NCBI GenBank assembly: GCA_049515915.1 | Contig: JBEKTP010000003.1 | Coordinates: 735-64,734, forward strand | From: Patescibacteria group bacterium | Lineage (GTDB): Bacteria > Patescibacteriota > UBA1384 > UBA12157 > JAENIV01 | Reading direction: 5' to 3' | DNA length: 64,000 nucleotides | Part shown: in pieces, positions 19,829-29,340 of the stretch | How positions within the stretch are numbered: position 1 is the first letter of the stretch | Layout: each line of letters opens with the position of its first letter | The notes under the pieces: model-generated | Told to the model about the DNA's origin: nothing | Seen by the model: only the letters and a program-made list of their open reading frames with translations | Database searches by the model: none | Program-made: the position numbers and the translations under genes

Positions 19829-20152
19829 CTGTCTCTCTCCTCGCCTTAAAATGTTCGGCACAGTCAAATCTAGCTTTATATTGATTAGTCAACAACCACT
19901 TGTAAAGACCCCTTTCAAAAAATAGGGAACCAATAAGTATTGAGCAACGACGGCGGTTTGGAGCACACACTGACAAGGGCGGATCGAACGCGCTGAAAGC
20001 GCTTTCGGCCGCCAAGAAAGTTTCGGCGAAAGCCGAGCAGGACTCGGGTGGGTGATGTATTGCCCGCCTTTTTTGTTAGAAAGTCGCCGGGGAATTGACA
20101 GAAGGTAAATCATATTATATAGTGCAACTAATCTGAACTGGTGAGGTGATTC

Positions 20153-20671
20153 ATGAAATACCGTATCAAAATCGGAGCCGTAGAACGTGAAGTCGTCATG
20201 GATGGTAAGGGTTGGGCAGTCAGCGCGGTGATCCTCGCCATCATCGAGCAGCATCTCCATGGAGTACCGGCGGCGGCCATCAGCCTGGAGATCGGGGATA
20301 AGACTCTCGATCCGAACGGAGGGATCGATGTCCAGCTCGATAAGCTTAGGGCTACCAAAGTGATTGAGAACTTGCCGGTAATCACCGTGCAGATCGATCA
20401 AGAAATGGTGGCCGAGGAGCAACGGAGAATCACCGAAGCCAGCCGACCCGAAGCGCTCTCGACGGTGCATCAGGGGAAGGTTCGGTTCGTCCGGGTCAAC
20501 GACAAAACCCGGACCGACGTGGCCAGCATCCGGCGGCTGGCTCTCTCATCACGGGCGAGCCGGCGTTGTGGCTTTCTCTGGCTCTCGCGGCGCTACTGCG
20601 TCGCCTTCGGTGATAAACCGGTGCAGTGGCTGAGAGAGATGGAAATCGCCAGCGAGCTCTTGCGGAAGTGA
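20153..20671 (+). CDS. hypothetical 172-aa protein (GC-rich cassette)
   Basis: GGTGAGGTGA RBS. TTGACA-17-TATTAT promoter at about 20094-20125. Terminator hairpin 20700-20738. Confidence 0.5.
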   Translation: MKYRIKIGAVEREVVMDGKGWAVSAVILAIIEQHLHGVPAAAISLEIGDKTLDPNGGIDVQLDKLRATKVIENLPVITVQIDQEMVAEEQRRITEASRPEALSTVHQGKVRFVRVNDKTRTDVASIRRLALSSRASRRCGFLWLSRRYCVAFGDKPVQWLREMEIASELLRK

Positions 20672-20699
20672 GAGCTTCTCGGCCGCGGGGCCGGAAAAA

Positions 20700-20738
20700 C
20701 AGGCAGGGCGCGTATACGCGCCCTGCCTTCTCTGTTTT
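20700..20738 (+). terminator. intrinsic terminator
   Basis: CAGGCAGGGCGCGTATACGCGCCCTGCCT hairpin followed by TCTCTGTTTT. Confidence 0.5.
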
Positions 20739-20816
20739 AAAGAGTTCCAGAGAAAATTGTTATTTTGGTGATATAATAAAATAAAGTTATAAATAAATTA
20801 TTCTCAAGGAGGGTTC

Positions 20817-21347
20817 GTGAGAAAAAGGAAAGCTCTTACCTTGTGGGTCATTGTTTTAATTGTCGTTTTGGTTTTGGCGGCTGGTTTTGCGGTTTACTAT
20901 TTTGTCCAAAAAACTCCGAGTAAAACTGCGACCGCTCCCAACGCTCCATCGGCGACCAGCTCCACTAAATCTTCGGGTAAACAAATGGTTGGTTGTCAAG
21001 TTTATCAAAACCTCAATGCTAATGGCGCCACCGCTTTCAAAACGGGAGATGATTCTTTGCTTCCAGCTGATGTTGCGGCGTGGAAAGGAACAAATACTTT
21101 GTGCGGCAGCTCGGCCGATTTGGATTACGTTTATTATTCGACCACTCAAGACGATCAGACTCTCTTGAGCTACTATCGCCAGAAACTAACCGCCAGAGGA
21201 TGCACGGTTGAAGATTTAGAAACTCCGCCAGACGGTCAAGTTGGCCCTTTTGCCTACGTGGAATCTTTTACTTGCTCCGATGGATATCATGGCCAGGTCG
21301 GGACGGACTTTGCTTACAATACTTATTGGGTTCAATTTACAAAATAG
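20817..21347 (+). CDS. hypothetical membrane-anchored extracytoplasmic protein
   Basis: AAGGAGGG RBS with GTG start. One N-terminal TM, then a Ser/Thr/Ala-rich linker, then a Cys-containing domain. Terminator hairpin 21360-21394. Confidence 0.5.
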   Translation: MRKRKALTLWVIVLIVVLVLAAGFAVYYFVQKTPSKTATAPNAPSATSSTKSSGKQMVGCQVYQNLNANGATAFKTGDDSLLPADVAAWKGTNTLCGSSADLDYVYYSTTQDDQTLLSYYRQKLTARGCTVEDLETPPDGQVGPFAYVESFTCSDGYHGQVGTDFAYNTYWVQFTK

Positions 21348-21584
21348 AAATCAGGTCCCAAAAAAGGACTGCGAACAGTCCTTTTTTGTTTTTTCAATAA
21401 GCGGTGTTTATGGCTTCGGGCACATAGGATATTCTCCTTCCTATTTAACTTTCTATTGGTAATTATTACTACGAACACCTCTTAATTTTATTTCGCCACC
21501 TCGAGTTTTGAAAGAAAAGTCCCATTCCATCGTAGTATTGTTTGAGGCAGGCTCTTTTTAGTTAGAGAGTGTAGAAAGGAAAGA

Positions 21585-22019
21585 ATGGAGAGTAAAAATC
21601 AAACATCAGGTGTCTTAATTATTATCATTGTGATTATTGTCGTTTTGGTGATTGGGCTGGGCGTAATGTCGTTAGCTTTTTTTCGGGCCAGCCGTTTGAA
21701 AGTGAATCGTGAGTTTGGGATGTTCGACACGATGAACTATCGCGGGTCTGGTTTAATGGTGGAAGGCCGAAATTTTGGCGGCGGGCGCATCGGCTTTGGC
21801 CGTTTGAGCGGGCAAGTGACGGCCATTTCTGGTAGTAATTTAACCGTTAAAGATGCCGCCGGCGATTCAATCTCGGTTGTGATTTCCGATACGACTTCGG
21901 TTTACAATCAAGGTAAAATCGCCAAAGCCTCCGATATCAAGGTCAACAACAGCGTCATTGTTTTAGGTCAGCCTAATAGTTCGGGCGTCGTGCCGGCGAC
22001 CGCGATTCTTATTCAATAG
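21585..22019 (+). CDS. membrane-anchored protein, possible accessory of the downstream ABC exporter
   Basis: N-terminal TM (LIIIIVIIVVLVIGLGV), Gly-rich segment, beta-rich C-terminus. Immediately upstream of the FtsX-like permease. Confidence 0.45.
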   Translation: MESKNQTSGVLIIIIVIIVVLVIGLGVMSLAFFRASRLKVNREFGMFDTMNYRGSGLMVEGRNFGGGRIGFGRLSGQVTAISGSNLTVKDAAGDSISVVISDTTSVYNQGKIAKASDIKVNNSVIVLGQPNSSGVVPATAILIQ

Positions 22020-22085
22020 TAAAGCATTTTTTAAATAATTAAAACCGCCGCGGTCGGCGAGATATTTTGAAGATTAGGAGTTTAA

Positions 22086-23456
22086 ATGGGAATGATTATT
22101 CGTGGATTCAAAAATGCCTTTCGTAACGGGATTAGATCTTTTGCCGTCATTATTATCTTGGCTATTAGTATCGGTATGGCCTTGGTGATGCTCGTGGCGA
22201 TGAAAGCGGTTGAAGCTAAAATCACTTCGGTGAAAGCTTCTGTTGGTAATGTCGTCACTATTTCCCCGGCCGGGGCGCAAGGCTTTGAAGGAGGCGGTAC
22301 ACCGTTGACCGGCACTCAGCTTAAGGATGTTTCTTCAATTACTCATGTTTCTAAGGTGACGGAAACCCTAGAGGATCGGGTTTCGACGACCGGGAGTTCG
22401 ACCGGCAGTGGTTTCGGGGGCGGGACTTCCGGCACGACCAGCCTTTCCTCGGCCATTAATCCGGGTACTTTGGGTCAGCGTTTCAATGGCGGCAGTAGTA
22501 GTAACCAAACCTTGCCGACGAACTTCAGCTTGCCGATCGAAATTATGGGTACAAATGACCTTTCGACGACTCAAGCGCTTGGTAATGTCAGTCAATTTAA
22601 GATCACTTCTGGTCAGGCTTTCGATGCCACTTCCAATAACAACGAAGCGTTAATCGGTAGCGGCTTGGCGACGAAAAATAATTTAAGCGTTGGCGGGACA
22701 TTTACCGCCTACGACACGACGATTAAAGTCGATGGTATTTTTGATACGGGAACCGAATTTTCGAACGGGATGGTCGTCATGCCACTAGCTTCTGTTCAGC
22801 GGCTTTCGGCACAATCGGATCAGATTAGCTCGGCCACGGTTCAAGTTGATTCCGTTGATCAGGTTACAGCGGTCGCGACGGCCATTAAAAATAAACTGGG
22901 TAGCGCCGCCGATGTGACCTCATCCATTGATGCCGCCAATAACTCGTTAGCCCCCTTGGAAAATGTTAAAAATATTTCAATGTATAGTCTAATTGGCGCT
23001 TTGGTGGCCGGCGCGGTTATTATTTTCTTAATTATGGTGATGATTGTCCGCGAGCGCCGCCAGGAAATCGGCGTCTTAAAAGCGATCGGCGCTTCCAATG
23101 CGATGGTGGTCGGGCAATTCATGTCCGAATCGATGATTTTGGCTCTGTTGGGCTCAATTATCGGTGCGCTGATTGGCTTTGCCCTGGCGAATCCCATTTT
23201 AAAAATGTTAGTTAATAATGCGAGTTCGAGTGCAAGCACGGCTGTTCGCGGCGCTGGTGGTGGCGGTTTTGCTCGTGCTTTTCGTGGCGCCACTTCCGGT
23301 TTTCAAAATTCTCTTCAAAGTCTTCACGGCGCGGTCGGCACAAGCCTGATTTTATACGCGGTTTTGGCCGCGGTGGCAATTGCCATTTTGGGCAGTGCCA
23401 TTCCGGCCTTTATAATTTCCAAAATCCGACCGGCGGAGGTCATGAGAGCCGAATAA
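22086..23456 (+). CDS. ABC transporter permease, FtsX/MacB-like
   Basis: N-terminal TM, large extracytoplasmic domain, C-terminal 3-TM FtsX-like module (VRERRQEIGVLKAIGAS). Confidence 0.85.
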   Translation: MGMIIRGFKNAFRNGIRSFAVIIILAISIGMALVMLVAMKAVEAKITSVKASVGNVVTISPAGAQGFEGGGTPLTGTQLKDVSSITHVSKVTETLEDRVSTTGSSTGSGFGGGTSGTTSLSSAINPGTLGQRFNGGSSSNQTLPTNFSLPIEIMGTNDLSTTQALGNVSQFKITSGQAFDATSNNNEALIGSGLATKNNLSVGGTFTAYDTTIKVDGIFDTGTEFSNGMVVMPLASVQRLSAQSDQISSATVQVDSVDQVTAVATAIKNKLGSAADVTSSIDAANNSLAPLENVKNISMYSLIGALVAGAVIIFLIMVMIVRERRQEIGVLKAIGASNAMVVGQFMSESMILALLGSIIGALIGFALANPILKMLVNNASSSASTAVRGAGGGGFARAFRGATSGFQNSLQSLHGAVGTSLILYAVLAAVAIAILGSAIPAFIISKIRPAEVMRAE

Positions 23457-23526
23457 GTTATCTACTAAATACGAAATCCGCCGGTTGGCGGATACGAAAG
23501 AATATGAAAAAAGAAATGGAGACATT

Positions 23527-24195
23527 ATGATTATTACCAAAGGGTTGTCCAAGGAATTTACTTCTGGCGATCATAAAGTTAAAGCCGTCAATAACATCAG
23601 CTTTGAAATGCCCGAAGGAATTTTTGCGGCCATTTTGGGCAAATCCGGCAGCGGCAAAAGTACTTTGCTTTCTTTACTTGGCGCTCTTGATAAACCGACG
23701 GCTGGTTCAATCGAAGTTGACGGCATCAAGATTAACGAGCTTTCGGACCGCAAATTGATCAAATATCGCCGCGATAAAATCGGCTTTGTTTTTCAAAATT
23801 ATAGTTTAATCCACAATTTAAATGCGTTAGAAAATGTTTGTCTGCCGATGGAATTCGCCGGTGTTGGGGCAGCCGAGAGAAAGGAAAGAGCGGAAAAATT
23901 ACTCGAGGAAGTCGGCCTGACCGAAGATAAATTTCACCGCCGTCCCGCCCGCCTTTCCGGCGGGGAACAACAACGGGTCGCGATTGCCCGGGCCTTGGCT
24001 AATAAACCAAAACTGATTTTGGCCGATGAACCAACCGGTAATTTAGATTCCAAAACCGGTCAGGTCATTATTGACCTTTTGCACGAATTGGCTAAAACCG
24101 AAAAGACAACCATTTTAGCGGTCACTCACGACATTGGTATTGCCAGACAAGCCAAAGTTATCTTTAAATTGCAGGATGGTACGTTGGTTGAATAA
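23527..24195 (+). CDS. ABC transporter ATP-binding protein (MacB/LolD-like)
   Basis: Walker [10 protein letters not shown], signature [15 protein letters not shown], Walker [13 protein letters not shown]. Start set at MIITKG with GGAGA RBS. Confidence 0.9.
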   Translation: MIITKGLSKEFTSGDHKVKAVNNISFEMPEGIFAAILGKSGSGKSTLLSLLGALDKPTAGSIEVDGIKINELSDRKLIKYRRDKIGFVFQNYSLIHNLNALENVCLPMEFAGVGAAERKERAEKLLEEVGLTEDKFHRRPARLSGGEQQRVAIARALANKPKLILADEPTGNLDSKTGQVIIDLLHELAKTEKTTILAVTHDIGIARQAKVIFKLQDGTLVE

Positions 24196-24662
24196 GAACT
24201 TTTTAGCTTCTCAAATACAAAAGGACCCGGTGGGCCCTTTTGTGGAAGGCTATTTTTAGGCGCTGCCTTTCTTTTTGAGTGAAGCTAAATGATTATTGCT
24301 TCATTCAGGTGAGCGCCATGGCCGTTTTTTTGGCGAGCCGTAGATTTTTTCCACGAAACGTCTGGGCCATTTTGGAGGGTTCTCGGCGCTCGGCAATGAA
24401 ATTTTTTTTCGCGGGCGCTCGCTTGACGATCTTTGGGGATATATATATTAGGTGGATCCGCTTAAGATCTGATCGTCATTACTGACCTAAAGCGTGAGGA
24501 TTCCTGCCTCCCCGGCAGATGACCGAAGAGGCCGTTGCCCCCGCCAAGAGCAAGCGGCAGGGGCGAGAGATTAATTGGTTGTGGGTCTATTTTTATGAGG
24601 GTGGATTCTTTTTGCTCCTTTCGTACTTAGTACTACGAACAATGAAAATTTTTCTTTCATGG

Positions 24663-25412
24663 TTAAAAAGGCGGTGGCGGCACGAGCATCGATTCTTGAT
24701 TGCGGATAAAAATTCGTCTCGGTCGCGAGCCGACGCTGGGGTGAATTTCATCGGCATCAAAAGTGTTATCGCCGGTTTTCTCGCCAATGATTTTGATTTC
24801 TTGCCCAACTTTAACCGGTGCACCAAAATATTGGACTTCAGTTGTGCTAACTTGCCAAATTTTGCCACTTGAATCTTTTAACTCCAAACTTTGACCCGAA
24901 ATTTTAGTGACCGTTCCGCCGAGGCGGCCTTCATCTGGTTCGGACCAGAGCTCACGCGTTTGATTCTCGACTGATTGGTACGCGGGAATATCTTTGGCCA
25001 ACCCGGCGTCGACCCTAGCGCCCAAGCCGATGATGTTGAACAAGGCGCCAAAGATTAGACTAAAAATCAAACTGCCCAAAACAATCCAGTAGGCCGAATA
25101 ACGATATCCGCTTTTCGAATGTTTGACGTTATAGTAGGCCAGTAAGATGGTTAAAACGAGCAAAATCAGCCAAATCGACGGGATATCCGAGAGAAGATGA
25201 CTGGGCGCGAGCGGCCGGTGGGCGGCGGTATAGAGAAACCAATCGCGATTTAAAATCACGTGAATAATCACGGCGACGCCGATGCTCCCGACTAAAGCTG
25301 AGGTAACGGCAGCGGCCAAGATAACATCGTTTTTGAGTAAAAAGTGCCATTTTGGAATCGGCGCGATTTTTTCTTGGCGGATTTTTTGAATTGTTTCTTT
25401 ACTGACACTCAT
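24663..25412 (-). CDS. membrane protein downstream of ECF sigma (putative anti-sigma factor)
   Basis: Cytoplasmic N-terminus, multiple TM helices, extracytoplasmic C-terminus. Position immediately 3' of the ECF sigma gene. The 3' end runs into an unusual GC-rich segment. Confidence 0.45.
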   Translation of the reverse strand: MSVSKETIQKIRQEKIAPIPKWHFLLKNDVILAAAVTSALVGSIGVAVIIHVILNRDWFLYTAAHRPLAPSHLLSDIPSIWLILLVLTILLAYYNVKHSKSGYRYSAYWIVLGSLIFSLIFGALFNIIGLGARVDAGLAKDIPAYQSVENQTRELWSEPDEGRLGGTVTKISGQSLELKDSSGKIWQVSTTEVQYFGAPVKVGQEIKIIGEKTGDNTFDADEIHPSVGSRPRRIFIRNQESMLVPPPPF

Positions 25413-25420
25413 GGTTTTAT

Positions 25421-25993
25421 TTAAAAATTAATCTTATTTTTTTGGGCGGCTTCTTTAAATACTTTCTTGGCGCGAGAAATTAAAGTGCCGACAGTGCCGA
25501 GCGGACTCTTTAAAATATCAGCAATTTCGCCGTAATCCTTTTCTTCAAAGAAGCGCAAGACTAAAACGTCGCGATATTTAATCGGCAATTTCTTTAAAAC
25601 CTCGTCGATTTTTTCCTTATTTAATTTAATATCCAGTTCTTTGTAAATCGGAGCATTGGAACTTAACTTGATATCGTTATCGAAAAGCTCGACATTTTTC
25701 GGGGAGTTGTTTAGTTTTCGCCAGTGAGAAATGACTTCGTTGTGGCAAATCCGATAAATCCAGGAAGAAAATTTTAAACTTTGATCAAAATCGTTGAGGT
25801 TTTGATACGCCTTGATAAAAACTTCCTGCAGAATATCTTCGGCGTCTTCGCGTGAACAGTTAGTAATCCGAAAGATATAGCGTAAGAGTTTCGGTTCGTA
25901 GCGTCGCATCAAATGCAAATAATTTTCTTTGTCTGATAAAGAAAGCTGGACGATTTTTTCATCGCTTGTTTTTTCGGGAATCTTTCCGACCAT
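25421..25993 (-). CDS. RNA polymerase sigma-70 factor, ECF subfamily
   Basis: Region 2 (DAEDILQEVFIKAYQNLNDFD) and region 4 (YRDVLVLRFFEEKDYGEIADIL...GTVGTLISRAKK). Confidence 0.85.
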   Translation of the reverse strand: MVGKIPEKTSDEKIVQLSLSDKENYLHLMRRYEPKLLRYIFRITNCSREDAEDILQEVFIKAYQNLNDFDQSLKFSSWIYRICHNEVISHWRKLNNSPKNVELFDNDIKLSSNAPIYKELDIKLNKEKIDEVLKKLPIKYRDVLVLRFFEEKDYGEIADILKSPLGTVGTLISRAKKVFKEAAQKNKINF

Positions 25994-26174
25994 ATCCCGA
26001 TTCTACCATATCGTCTCGCTTATTGATACGTCTGGGAAGGTTTTTTCTTTCAGAAGCCAGTCGGGGGCTTGTCCCGAGCCACGTCGAGGGTTGATTTTTT
26101 TGATGATATATGGTAAGCTCGAGCCAACTTGCCAACGTACCGGCAAAATTCAAGGTAAAGGGGTGCGCCCCAAA

Positions 26175-26792
26175 ATGGCAGCAAAGGAAACGGCCGTACA
26201 GAAGTTTATCGATGAGGTGCTGGGTCCGAACCTCATAATGCCGGAGGACCCGAACCACCCGTGGTGGTTTCAGATTCTGAAGGCGCGGCTCTGGGACGTG
26301 GAAAGACGTGAAAAGCGTCTGATCTGGCGGCTGTTGGGAGAAATGAGATTTCTCAAAGGCTGCCCGACTGGTGATCCGACACATAACCACCACAGTTTGA
26401 GGCAGGATTTCAGCCTAGACGTGCTCTTGCCCTATGTGCAGGGCTACTTCCACGTGGTCCCGGATATGACGGGCATTGATGGTTCCGCCGGAGAACTGAG
26501 TTTCTGGGGATACATCCGTGATGGTCGAACTGTGCTCGGCAGAGTTTCATTCTCGGTAGAAAAGAACGGGGCTGAAGAATACTGGAAAGCCAGTAACCTC
26601 TGGGTCTTACTGAAGGACCCGGAGGATATCGTGATCAAGCTCGGCGTCACAGCCAAAGGAATGTTCCTCGCAATCTGCGAGGACCATAAGTGGGTGCTGA
26701 AGCGCCGCCAGGAGTACGAGGCGGAGACAGCGACATGGGTGGACGGGATGGAGCTTGAGAACAGTGAGCTTATCAACGGGATCGGAGGGTGA
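26175..26792 (+). CDS. hypothetical 205-aa protein (GC-rich cassette)
   Basis: Start MAAKETAV with AAAGGGG upstream. Stop overlaps the RBS and start region of the next ORF. Confidence 0.5.
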   Translation: MAAKETAVQKFIDEVLGPNLIMPEDPNHPWWFQILKARLWDVERREKRLIWRLLGEMRFLKGCPTGDPTHNHHSLRQDFSLDVLLPYVQGYFHVVPDMTGIDGSAGELSFWGYIRDGRTVLGRVSFSVEKNGAEEYWKASNLWVLLKDPEDIVIKLGVTAKGMFLAICEDHKWVLKRRQEYEAETATWVDGMELENSELINGIGG

Positions 26793-26796
26793 GAGG

Positions 26797-27063
26797 ATGA
26801 AGTACACAGAGTATGAGAGTGTCAAGCAACTCTATGATTCCCTTGCTCGACAGCACGGTCTTTCGCGCGAGCAAGTCGTGATCCGAGAAGATTCAACTGT
26901 CCCTAAGTTGGGACACAGACCTTCGGAGCGGCAGACTGGTCGCATGATGGTGAGTAACGACAGTCACACTATCGTGCGTTTCATCATCGAGGAACTGCGG
27001 GCCCACAAACCGGTCAAGTACCGAGCGTGGGTCTACGACGACCAAAATCATGTGTCCATATAG
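26797..27063 (+). CDS. hypothetical 88-aa protein (GC-rich cassette, translationally coupled)
   Basis: GGAGGGTGAGAGG immediately upstream. Followed by GGCCCCGCCAC...GTGGCGGGGCC terminator at 27091-27130. Confidence 0.45.
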   Translation: MKYTEYESVKQLYDSLARQHGLSREQVVIREDSTVPKLGHRPSERQTGRMMVSNDSHTIVRFIIEELRAHKPVKYRAWVYDDQNHVSI

Positions 27064-27090
27064 GGCATATGAACTTGAAGGGGAAAGAGC

Positions 27091-27130
27091 GGCCCCGCCA
27101 CAAAAGTGGCGGGGCCTTCTCTATTTTATA
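27091..27130 (+). terminator. intrinsic terminator
   Basis: GGCCCCGCCACAAAAGTGGCGGGGCC hairpin followed by TTCTCTATTTT. Confidence 0.5.
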
Positions 27131-27194
27131 GCGTAAATATCCTTGTAAACTACGATTAAAAATTAATCGTAGTTTGATTAGTTCTCAAAAAGGA

Positions 27195-27224
27195 TTGACA
27201 TTATCGAACCAAATTATTTACAAT
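27195..27224 (+). promoter_or_regulatory. sigma70-like promoter TTGACA-17-TTACAAT
   Basis: Lies in AT-rich DNA about 100 nt upstream of the GC-rich OMP-decarboxylase-like gene. Confidence 0.45.
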
Positions 27225-27328
27225 GCGTTTGGAAAGAAAGCTCTAAACTTTGCCGTCGGCAAGTTTGGGGTACGCACCTTAAGTTTTGAATGTGGATTCT
27301 ATTTTACCGCCCAAAGGGCGAGGAGGAG

Positions 27329-28162
27329 ATGACGTTGGCAGGCTGTAGAATTGATAAGCGCGTCGTGATTCTGGCTCTTGATGGTGTCGAAGGCAAGAGA
27401 GCAATGTTGGATACTATTACTCGTGTCATGGACGGCCCGATCGGTCCGTATGTGGCATATGTCAAACTCAATGATGGACTGCACGATAAGGACGGCGGTC
27501 CAAACATTGTCCGCGCGATCCTCGTGGAGCATCCGAAACTGGATGTCTTCGGCGACATCAAGGGTGCCGATGTCTGGGGTACAATCCAGAACATCTGCAA
27601 GCGCTACGATGTCGCACGGATGCTCATGACTATCTCGATCCACGTGGACCACGGCGTCTTCGCGAAGCTGGCAACCACCTATCCGGCGCTAAAGATTGCG
27701 GCGATGGTGGTGCCCACCGACATTGCGAAGAAGGACTTCCTGCGTCGGTACGACATGGAGCCAGCCGAGGCCATGGAAACGTGGTATGGCGGGCTGACTG
27801 ATCTCTACCGCGAAGAACTTGACATCCCGGACGGCTATCCTTCGGAGCTGGTTATTGCCAGCAAAGACATGCTCCCGACTGTGCAGGAGAACTTCCCAGG
27901 AGTCCTCTCGATCACGCCAGGCGTGCGCGACGTCTGGATGGTTGATGCCGATCATCAAAAGCGCACTACAGGTGTCCAGAAAGCACTGGAGCTTGGGGCG
28001 CGGTACGTTGTCATGGGCGCCCAGCTTCTCAAGGGTGCAACTGGCGTAGACGCTAAAGAGAGCCAGGCGCGGACCGTGGTGGAGATCGAGCGCTTTTTCA
28101 ATCCGCCGGACGAGGGCAACGATGCGCTGGCGGGGATACACTACCGCGAGCCGCAGATCTGA
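27329..28162 (+). CDS. orotidine-5'-phosphate decarboxylase-fold protein (PyrF-like; OMPDC/KGPDC/HPS superfamily)
   Basis: GC-rich. VILALDG...YVKLNDG...FGDIKGADV (D-x-K-x-x-D catalytic motif) ... MTISIHV ... ITPGVR ... GARYVVMG. Motif order matches OMP decarboxylase. GGAGGAG RBS. Confidence 0.6.
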   Translation: MTLAGCRIDKRVVILALDGVEGKRAMLDTITRVMDGPIGPYVAYVKLNDGLHDKDGGPNIVRAILVEHPKLDVFGDIKGADVWGTIQNICKRYDVARMLMTISIHVDHGVFAKLATTYPALKIAAMVVPTDIAKKDFLRRYDMEPAEAMETWYGGLTDLYREELDIPDGYPSELVIASKDMLPTVQENFPGVLSITPGVRDVWMVDADHQKRTTGVQKALELGARYVVMGAQLLKGATGVDAKESQARTVVEIERFFNPPDEGNDALAGIHYREPQI

Positions 28163-28264
28163 ACGTCATATCAAGCCGTTAATGACCGACCGAGATCGGT
28201 CAACGGCGCCGCACACCATTACGAAGGGAAGGAGAGGCCAATTTCTGAACAGCGAATCAGGGTT

Positions 28265-28543
28265 TTGAAAACGCCGGTCGGAACGGCGCCAAAATGGGTG
28301 CGCGAGGCTTGGACGGGACTGGAACTTCCCGCCGCTCCTGGATATTGGGGAGTTGTCGGCGTGGCCGCGGCGGCTGATGATACCGAAGGCTATGCCGTCC
28401 ATGCCCACACCGCTTTCTCATCTCTCGAGAGAGATCCCGAAAAAGCGAAAGCGTACGAGTGGTATCTGCAGCATCAGTCCGACCTGTTCCAATCGCATGT
28501 TTACCTGCGATTCGGCAAGCGGTTTTGCGAGTTGGTTACGTAG
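28265..28543 (+). CDS. hypothetical 92-aa protein between the PyrF-like and PRTase genes
   Basis: ORF with apparent TTG start. No clear RBS. Uncertain. Confidence 0.25.
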   Translation: MKTPVGTAPKWVREAWTGLELPAAPGYWGVVGVAAAADDTEGYAVHAHTAFSSLERDPEKAKAYEWYLQHQSDLFQSHVYLRFGKRFCELVT

Positions 28544-28578
28544 TCCATCACCGCTTGGAAAGAGGAGGAGGTGAAGAG

Positions 28579-29340
28579 ATGGCGAATAGTACGTTCAGAA
28601 GCATCCTCGATGTCAGGTCCGCAGAAGGGTTGTGGGCACTGAAGCCCTCGCATTTCGTCGATCGCGAGATTACTATCGGGGAGTTCACGCACATGCTCAA
28701 GCTACGAGACGCCTTCTGGCAGTACGAAGGCGAGCCGCGGCCGGAACAACCGCACGCCCTGACCCGGGACGGCATGTGCACCGACGGGTTCGTTGACACC
28801 CTGAGGCTTCTCTGCTTGTCCAATATCTGCGAAATTCTCGGCGGACAGATGCTGGCGCAGGTGAGGAAAGTAACTGTGTTGAAACCTTTCCAGTGGACCA
28901 TCAGTGCCGCCAACGCCGGAATCGATCTCGGTCACGAAGTTGGTCGGCAGGCGCGAACCAACATCGCCTTCACCGAGAAGGACAAGGATGGCAACCCGAC
29001 GGTCTGGAAGAGATTTACTGTTGCCGAGGGCGAGACAGTCCTGATTGTCAACGAGCTCATGACCACGGCCCATGGCAGTACTTATATGGCCAAGGCAGCT
29101 GTCCGGGACCAGAACAAGGTTCAGCCGGTTCGGTTCATGCCGGTAACGGCCGTGCTCGTCAACCGGTCAGCCGACACGGAGACCCTCGAAGACGGAACGC
29201 CGGTGGTGGCACGTTTCCGCTACCACATGCACACCTATCAGCCAGGCCCAGCCACCTGCAAGTACTGTGCGGCCGGTTCGCCCTCCATTAAGCCGAAGGT
29301 CGAAGGCAACTGGGAGAAGTACTTCGCTTCGGCGATCTGA
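28579..29340 (+). CDS. type I phosphoribosyltransferase (orotate-PRTase-like) with Cys-containing C-terminal extension
   Basis: PRPP-binding motif VLIVNELMTTAHGST (hydrophobic x4, acidic, TTG/A-x-T). N-terminal GEFTHMLKL resembles the OPRTase GEFTLKSG hood. GAGGAGGAGG RBS. Confidence 0.6.
   Translation: MANSTFRSILDVRSAEGLWALKPSHFVDREITIGEFTHMLKLRDAFWQYEGEPRPEQPHALTRDGMCTDGFVDTLRLLCLSNICEILGGQMLAQVRKVTVLKPFQWTISAANAGIDLGHEVGRQARTNIAFTEKDKDGNPTVWKRFTVAEGETVLIVNELMTTAHGSTYMAKAAVRDQNKVQPVRFMPVTAVLVNRSADTETLEDGTPVVARFRYHMHTYQPGPATCKYCAAGSPSIKPKVEGNWEKYFASAI

Noticed and set aside
19889-20470. 193-aa minus-strand ORF
   Set aside because: It lies antisense to and largely overlaps the better-supported plus-strand gene 20153-20671, which has an RBS, promoter and terminator. 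Long antisense ORFs are expected in GC-rich DNA.
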